Positions 54,701-58,619 of a stretch of DNA of 58,619 bases are shown one piece after another. A program made the position numbers and the translations under genes. Positions within the stretch are counted from its first letter, which is position 1. Every line of letters begins with the position of its first letter. This DNA is from a virus (lineage: Duplodnaviria > Caudoviricetes), in the IMG/VR virus record IMGVR_UViG_3300010370_006650, positions 1 through 58,619 of that record; one strand, given 5' to 3'. The notes under the pieces were generated by a model. That model saw only the letters and a list, made by a program, of their open reading frames with translations. It was not told the origin of the DNA and did not search any database.

Positions 54701-55400
54701 CAAGAACGAACTAGACAAAATGTTGAAGGGCTTTGTTAAACGAGCCGTAGATACGACGGTTACCTCCAAGCTTCCAAAGCTAGACGAGGCTTTTGTTCAT
54801 GAGCCTAAGCCATTCAAGCAGGTTTCTGAACTAGTTTCTCAAAAAACGAAAACAGCACACGAAGAGCTTTATAAGGGCTATGTCGAAACCTTTAATAAGG
54901 TTTCTGCAGAACTAGATACTGCAGAGCGTTCTGATGCTAATGCCCGACATTCCCAGTTTAGAAATTTAAAGCTCGACGAGACCTGGAATCTAAACGCGCT
55001 TTGGTTACACGAGCTCTACTTTGCTAATTGCTTTGATCCTCACAGCGAAATTGTAATGGATTCAATGTCGTACATGAGGTTGGAGCGAGACTTCGGCACA
55101 TTTGAAGATTGGCAGCGTGATTTCATGGCCTGCGCATTGGCTTCGCGCGCTGGTTGGGCAGTCTGCGGTTATCACATGTTCCTTAGAAAGTACGTTAACG
55201 TTATGATCGATGAGCACAGCGGAAATGTGCCCGTTGGTCTTTTCCCCATCATTGTTGTCGATATGTGGGAGCATGCTTATTATCGCGATTATTTGACCGA
55301 CAAGAAGTCTTACCTCATTTCGCAAATGCGTGAATTTAACTGGAACGTTATTGAAGACCGCGTGAAGAAGGCCGAAGGCATCGCGCAGGTGGTGAAGTGA
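54687..55400 (+). CDS. sod: Fe/Mn superoxide dismutase family protein
   Basis: AHEELYKGYV, LHELYF, RDFGTFEDW, AGWAV, DMWEHAYYRDY, FNWNVI. Confidence 0.88.
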   Translation: MSLIDKNELDKMLKGFVKRAVDTTVTSKLPKLDEAFVHEPKPFKQVSELVSQKTKTAHEELYKGYVETFNKVSAELDTAERSDANARHSQFRNLKLDETWNLNALWLHELYFANCFDPHSEIVMDSMSYMRLERDFGTFEDWQRDFMACALASRAGWAVCGYHMFLRKYVNVMIDEHSGNVPVGLFPIIVVDMWEHAYYRDYLTDKKSYLISQMREFNWNVIEDRVKKAEGIAQVVK

Positions 55401-55927
55401 TGGCTTCTTTAAAGTTAAACCAACTTCGTAAATTAATTGCTGAAGAAGTGAAAAGAAGTCTTGCCGAAGCAGGTGCGCAAGACAAACAAGAAGACGGCGA
55501 AGATTCTTTAGATAGCCAAATCGACAGATATTTGTCTGATTATGAATCTGAGTCTAGAGTTTCCAAAATGGAAGGTAAAGACTTTAAAATGATGGTTCGA
55601 CGTTTTCTGTCAGAGGCAGAAGAAGACGAGAAGAAAGACGCAGAGCCTGAAAAGTTAAAAGCAGAAGACATCGACGTAGAAAATTTCTTGGATAGCGTAA
55701 TGCGTCTTGTCGACAATTATGATGCATTGTTGGAAGTGCGTAATACAATTCTTCGACGAGCAGTTAATTTCCTTGTAAAGGGTTACGAACCAGCGGTTGC
55801 AGAAGCTTTTAAAGATAACTTGTTAGATGTTTATGGTATGGAACTTGGAAAATCAAAATCTGAAGTCGAAGACGAGGAATTTCAAGCTCCAGCCGCTGAT
55901 CGTGCCGGCGTTTCGCCAGGTGCTTGA
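55400..55927 (+). CDS. Hypothetical acidic late protein (LNQLRKLIAEE leader)
   Basis: TGATG coupling; shared leader. Confidence 0.7.
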   Translation: MASLKLNQLRKLIAEEVKRSLAEAGAQDKQEDGEDSLDSQIDRYLSDYESESRVSKMEGKDFKMMVRRFLSEAEEDEKKDAEPEKLKAEDIDVENFLDSVMRLVDNYDALLEVRNTILRRAVNFLVKGYEPAVAEAFKDNLLDVYGMELGKSKSEVEDEEFQAPAADRAGVSPGA

Positions 55928-56229
55928 TGAGATTTGACACATTCGTAGACAAAAAAAGTATTCATTTTAAATTAGACAAAGACGTGCATCTTGCCCTAAG
56001 GGCAAAGCTTTTTAAGTACAACATTTCGATGCAAGAGCTTTTCGACGAGTTTGCCATTTTAGTGGTAACTGACGTTCCAAAAGCTCGTTCGATAGTTGAA
56101 TCGATTTTAAACAAAAAAATGAAGTCGGTTTTGAGTGGCGAGAAAAAGCGCAAGAAAAAGAAAAGAGAAGTCTTTAACGAAGTGGATACAGATACGTTGT
56201 ATAATATGATTAACGAATCGGAAGATTGA
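55927..56229 (+). CDS. Small basic protein, possible ribbon-helix-helix DNA binder
   Basis: KSIHFKLDKDVHLALRAKLFKYNISMQELF strand-helix-helix pattern. Confidence 0.55.
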   Translation: MRFDTFVDKKSIHFKLDKDVHLALRAKLFKYNISMQELFDEFAILVVTDVPKARSIVESILNKKMKSVLSGEKKRKKKKREVFNEVDTDTLYNMINESED

Positions 56230-56501
56230 TGAGCGAGAAAAGCGCATTTAAGTCGATGATGGAGGGCTTTATCGAAAAGTCAATAGCGTCGTCGCCACAT
56301 TTCAGAAAATTAGTGGATAGTATGACGATACTTGCCCTTGAGTCTAAAAAAGTTGCGGAAGCAATTTTAGTCTTGAATAATCGACTAAATGAGCATGAAC
56401 AGTTGATATTGAAACTAGTAGAGTTGCAGCGCGCTAAGCCCAAGGACTCTCTCGACATCGATCTCCTGAAGACCAAAGAAAAACCTTCAAAACCTAATTA
56501 A
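56229..56501 (+). CDS. Hypothetical protein
   Basis: TGATG-coupled ORF. Confidence 0.65.
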   Translation: MSEKSAFKSMMEGFIEKSIASSPHFRKLVDSMTILALESKKVAEAILVLNNRLNEHEQLILKLVELQRAKPKDSLDIDLLKTKEKPSKPN

Positions 56502-56506
56502 GTTTT

Positions 56507-56896
56507 ATGCTAGACAAAATTAAAAATTTTTTTAAGAACTCGTGGGGCTATCTTGTCGCTGGTGTTGGAGTCGTCTTTGGGCTAGCCTTCTTTAGAAAGA
56601 AAGTTGATCACTATGAAAACATCGTGCAGAAATTGCAAGACTCTCACCAGAAAGAACTCGACGAAATTAAGAAAGCTAGAGAAGAAGAACGAAAAAAATA
56701 CGAAGAGAATGAAAGAAAATATCAAGAGAGAATGGCGATTATCGAGAAGGAATACGAGACTGCAAAAAAAGAACTCGATGAAAAGAAGCGAAAAGAAGTC
56801 GAGGACATCGTTAAAAAGTATGGTAATCAACCTGATAAGTTGGCTCAAAGGTTGGCTGAAGTGACGGGATTTAAAATTATCATGCCGCAGGATTGA
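56507..56896 (+). CDS. Membrane-anchored coiled-coil protein
   Basis: N-terminal TM WGYLVAGVGVVFGLAFF then charged coiled coil. Confidence 0.7.
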   Translation: MLDKIKNFFKNSWGYLVAGVGVVFGLAFFRKKVDHYENIVQKLQDSHQKELDEIKKAREEERKKYEENERKYQERMAIIEKEYETAKKELDEKKRKEVEDIVKKYGNQPDKLAQRLAEVTGFKIIMPQD

Positions 56897-56898
56897 TC

Positions 56899-57438
56899 AT
56901 GAATATTCAAAAAATTATTTCGACATTAATTCTTGTTACAACTCTATCAAATCTAGCACTTGCGCAAAATATTCCTTCGCCAGAACCTGACGAGACTACG
57001 AAGAATATGAGGATATTGCCGCCGATGAAGTTACAACCTGGCGAAAAAGACCCCGGTGCGGCGCTCTCTCCGATGAAACTAGGTCAGCGAGCGCCATTTA
57101 CAGGTGTGTTATTGTCACCAGTTGCCGTCGCTAATGTAATCGTCGAATTCGAGTCTTTTGAAGAGAGACTTCATATTGAGGTTATGCGATCAGTGAGCGA
57201 AGAGCGAGCAGCTGGCGATAAGAGACTCAGCGACGCTAACGCTGGTTGCGTAGCCGACAAAAAAGAGCTTCAGGCAAATTTAGACGCTTCAAAAAGAGAA
57301 ACCGACGCGTATAAAACGGAATTGAAGAATATTAAGGATTCTCAACCTAACCCCTATATCTGGGCAGGATTAGGCGCCCTTGGCGGCGCGGCTTTTACGT
57401 TGTTGACGGTTTTTGCTGTTACACAAGTCACGAAATAA
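56899..57438 (+). CDS. Exported coiled-coil protein with C-terminal TM helix
   Basis: Signal peptide ending ALA-Q, APFTGVLLS, coiled coil, IWAGLGALGGAAFTLLTVFAV. Confidence 0.7.
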   Translation: MNIQKIISTLILVTTLSNLALAQNIPSPEPDETTKNMRILPPMKLQPGEKDPGAALSPMKLGQRAPFTGVLLSPVAVANVIVEFESFEERLHIEVMRSVSEERAAGDKRLSDANAGCVADKKELQANLDASKRETDAYKTELKNIKDSQPNPYIWAGLGALGGAAFTLLTVFAVTQVTK

Positions 57439-57563
57439 TTCTAGTTTCGTTATATTTAGGAAAAGCGAGGATCTGTCATGTCTAAAAGCATTCAAGCGAT
57501 CAGAACAAACTTAGGAAAGTTTGAACTTGCTTGATTGAGCGGACGCTAAATTTTGGAGTAAAG

Positions 57564-58514
57564 ATGAGCTTGTTAAATAACAAAAAATTTATGAATGAAT
57601 CCGAATTGCGTTCGTTGGTAAAAGTCCTTCTCGAGGACAAGTCATTAGGGCCACAATTGGTAAAAGTAAATCCAGTCGTGGATCCATCGGCCATTTTAAC
57701 AGATCCATCGAATCCTGACTACAAGCCAAATACAAAGCAAGAGTTGCAAGTTGCTGTGACAGCAATGATCGACGATTTGTCAGACGACAAAGTACCAGAC
57801 TTGTATGATTCGTTAAAGGGCGCGTTACAGTCGCAAGAAGAAGATAAAGGAAAAGACCAAATGGACAAGAGCAACAAAAAGATTGAAGAATCTATACGCA
57901 TGGCTATTCGCGCTTTATTGGCAGAAATTGAATTGCCACGTTCTATTAAGGAATATTACGCAAAGGATCCTGCTACTGGTGAAATGGTTTGGAAGGGTTC
58001 CGGACCTGCTCCTAAGCTTGCTCCCGGCGCTGGCGTTCAAAAGCTTGATCCGTCTGCCCGTGGAATCGAAGTTGGTCCTCAGTCTCCCGCTGGAAAGTCG
58101 CTAAAAAGCACTTTCAAAAAAATGAAGGATTCGGACTTCACAGTGCCTGATTTAACTCAACCTGAAGCAGGCCGCATGCGTCGAAATAAGATGCAAGAGG
58201 GCGATAAGTTACTTCAGCTTGCCAAAGAATTTGGATTCAAAAATCCAAATGGCGTTTTGCAGTTTATCAACCGCGTTTTGGAAAAGCTAAAGAGAAGATT
58301 CGACGATTACGACGCGGTGGCAATTGCTTCACTCGAGATAATGAAAGAGTATATCGACGAACTATCGACACCGTACAAGTCGGGTTCTAAGACACTAGAT
58401 CCACTAATCACCCCTCAAGATGCAGAGCTAATGCGTCAACATCCAGAGTTGATTAAGGATCTTGAAACATTCAGAGTTTATTTGAACAAGAAACTACGCG
58501 AAAGAGGACTTTGA
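57564..58514 (+). CDS. Hypothetical late protein (ESELRSLVKVLLE leader)
   Basis: GGAG RBS before ATG 57564; ATATTTA at 57452. Confidence 0.7.
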   Translation: MSLLNNKKFMNESELRSLVKVLLEDKSLGPQLVKVNPVVDPSAILTDPSNPDYKPNTKQELQVAVTAMIDDLSDDKVPDLYDSLKGALQSQEEDKGKDQMDKSNKKIEESIRMAIRALLAEIELPRSIKEYYAKDPATGEMVWKGSGPAPKLAPGAGVQKLDPSARGIEVGPQSPAGKSLKSTFKKMKDSDFTVPDLTQPEAGRMRRNKMQEGDKLLQLAKEFGFKNPNGVLQFINRVLEKLKRRFDDYDAVAIASLEIMKEYIDELSTPYKSGSKTLDPLITPQDAELMRQHPELIKDLETFRVYLNKKLRERGL

Positions 58515-58515
58515 T

Positions 58516-58619
58516 ATGAGTCAATCGAGTTGTATCGTTGCAGCTGTTCAATTTGAACCCAAGCTGTTGGATGTTCATCACAACCTCGCGACGGCAAAAC
58601 AACTCGTTTTTGAAGCTGC
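58516..58619 (+). CDS. Carbon-nitrogen hydrolase (nitrilase superfamily), 3'-truncated by the window
   Basis: MSQSSCIVAAVQFEPKLLDVHHNLATAKQLVFEA matches the family N-terminus; GAGGA RBS. Confidence 0.65.
   Translation, partial: MSQSSCIVAAVQFEPKLLDVHHNLATAKQLVFEA

Noticed and set aside
57478-57534. 18-codon ORF after ATATTTA and GAGGA, considered as a frameshifted start of the 57564 gene
   Set aside because: An in-frame TGA at 57522 leaves almost no overlap window and the downstream gene has its own GGAG-ATG; may be a peptide or remnant but unsupported
1-58619. Alternative genetic code (stop-codon reassignment)
   Set aside because: Conserved genes are full length in the standard code and end at TAA, TAG and TGA alike
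1-58619. CRISPR array, tRNA or rRNA genes
   Set aside because: No regularly spaced repeats or cloverleaf-like sequences seen; intergenic gaps are short. A covariance search was not run

Overview
The window is a gene-dense, almost entirely plus-strand segment of a large contractile-tailed (myovirus, probably jumbo) bacteriophage genome read with the standard genetic code. 1-19.3 kb is a tail module: sheath (5'-truncated), tube, assembly chaperone pair, tape measure and baseplate proteins. 19.3-35 kb is replication and nucleotide metabolism: minimal family-A polymerase, HD hydrolase, gp32-like SSB, RecA, dUTPase, 5'-3' exonuclease, DnaB-like helicase, class II RNR, ThyX, Tmk. 35-46 kb mixes late/hypothetical genes with Hsp20, Dps, IMPDH/GMPR, an actin-fold ATPase, a DNA methyltransferase and DnaE. 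The standout is a tightly coupled cluster directly behind dnaE (46.3-54.4 kb): dNMP kinase, ATP-grasp/HAD fusion, carbamoyltransferase, two thymidylate-synthase-fold proteins with the cytosine-type Asp, two NDP-sugar epimerases, thymidine kinase and dCMP deaminase. It looks like a cytosine hypermodification pathway (hydroxymethylation, carbamoylation, possibly a sugar step). Non-coding signals include a recurring ATANTTA putative late promoter (often giving leaderless mRNAs), an RBS-sequestering hairpin before a homing endonuclease, a structured 6-nt-periodic SSB leader and a candidate +1 frameshift in the tail chaperone. All product calls come from motif recognition by eye; no database searches were run.
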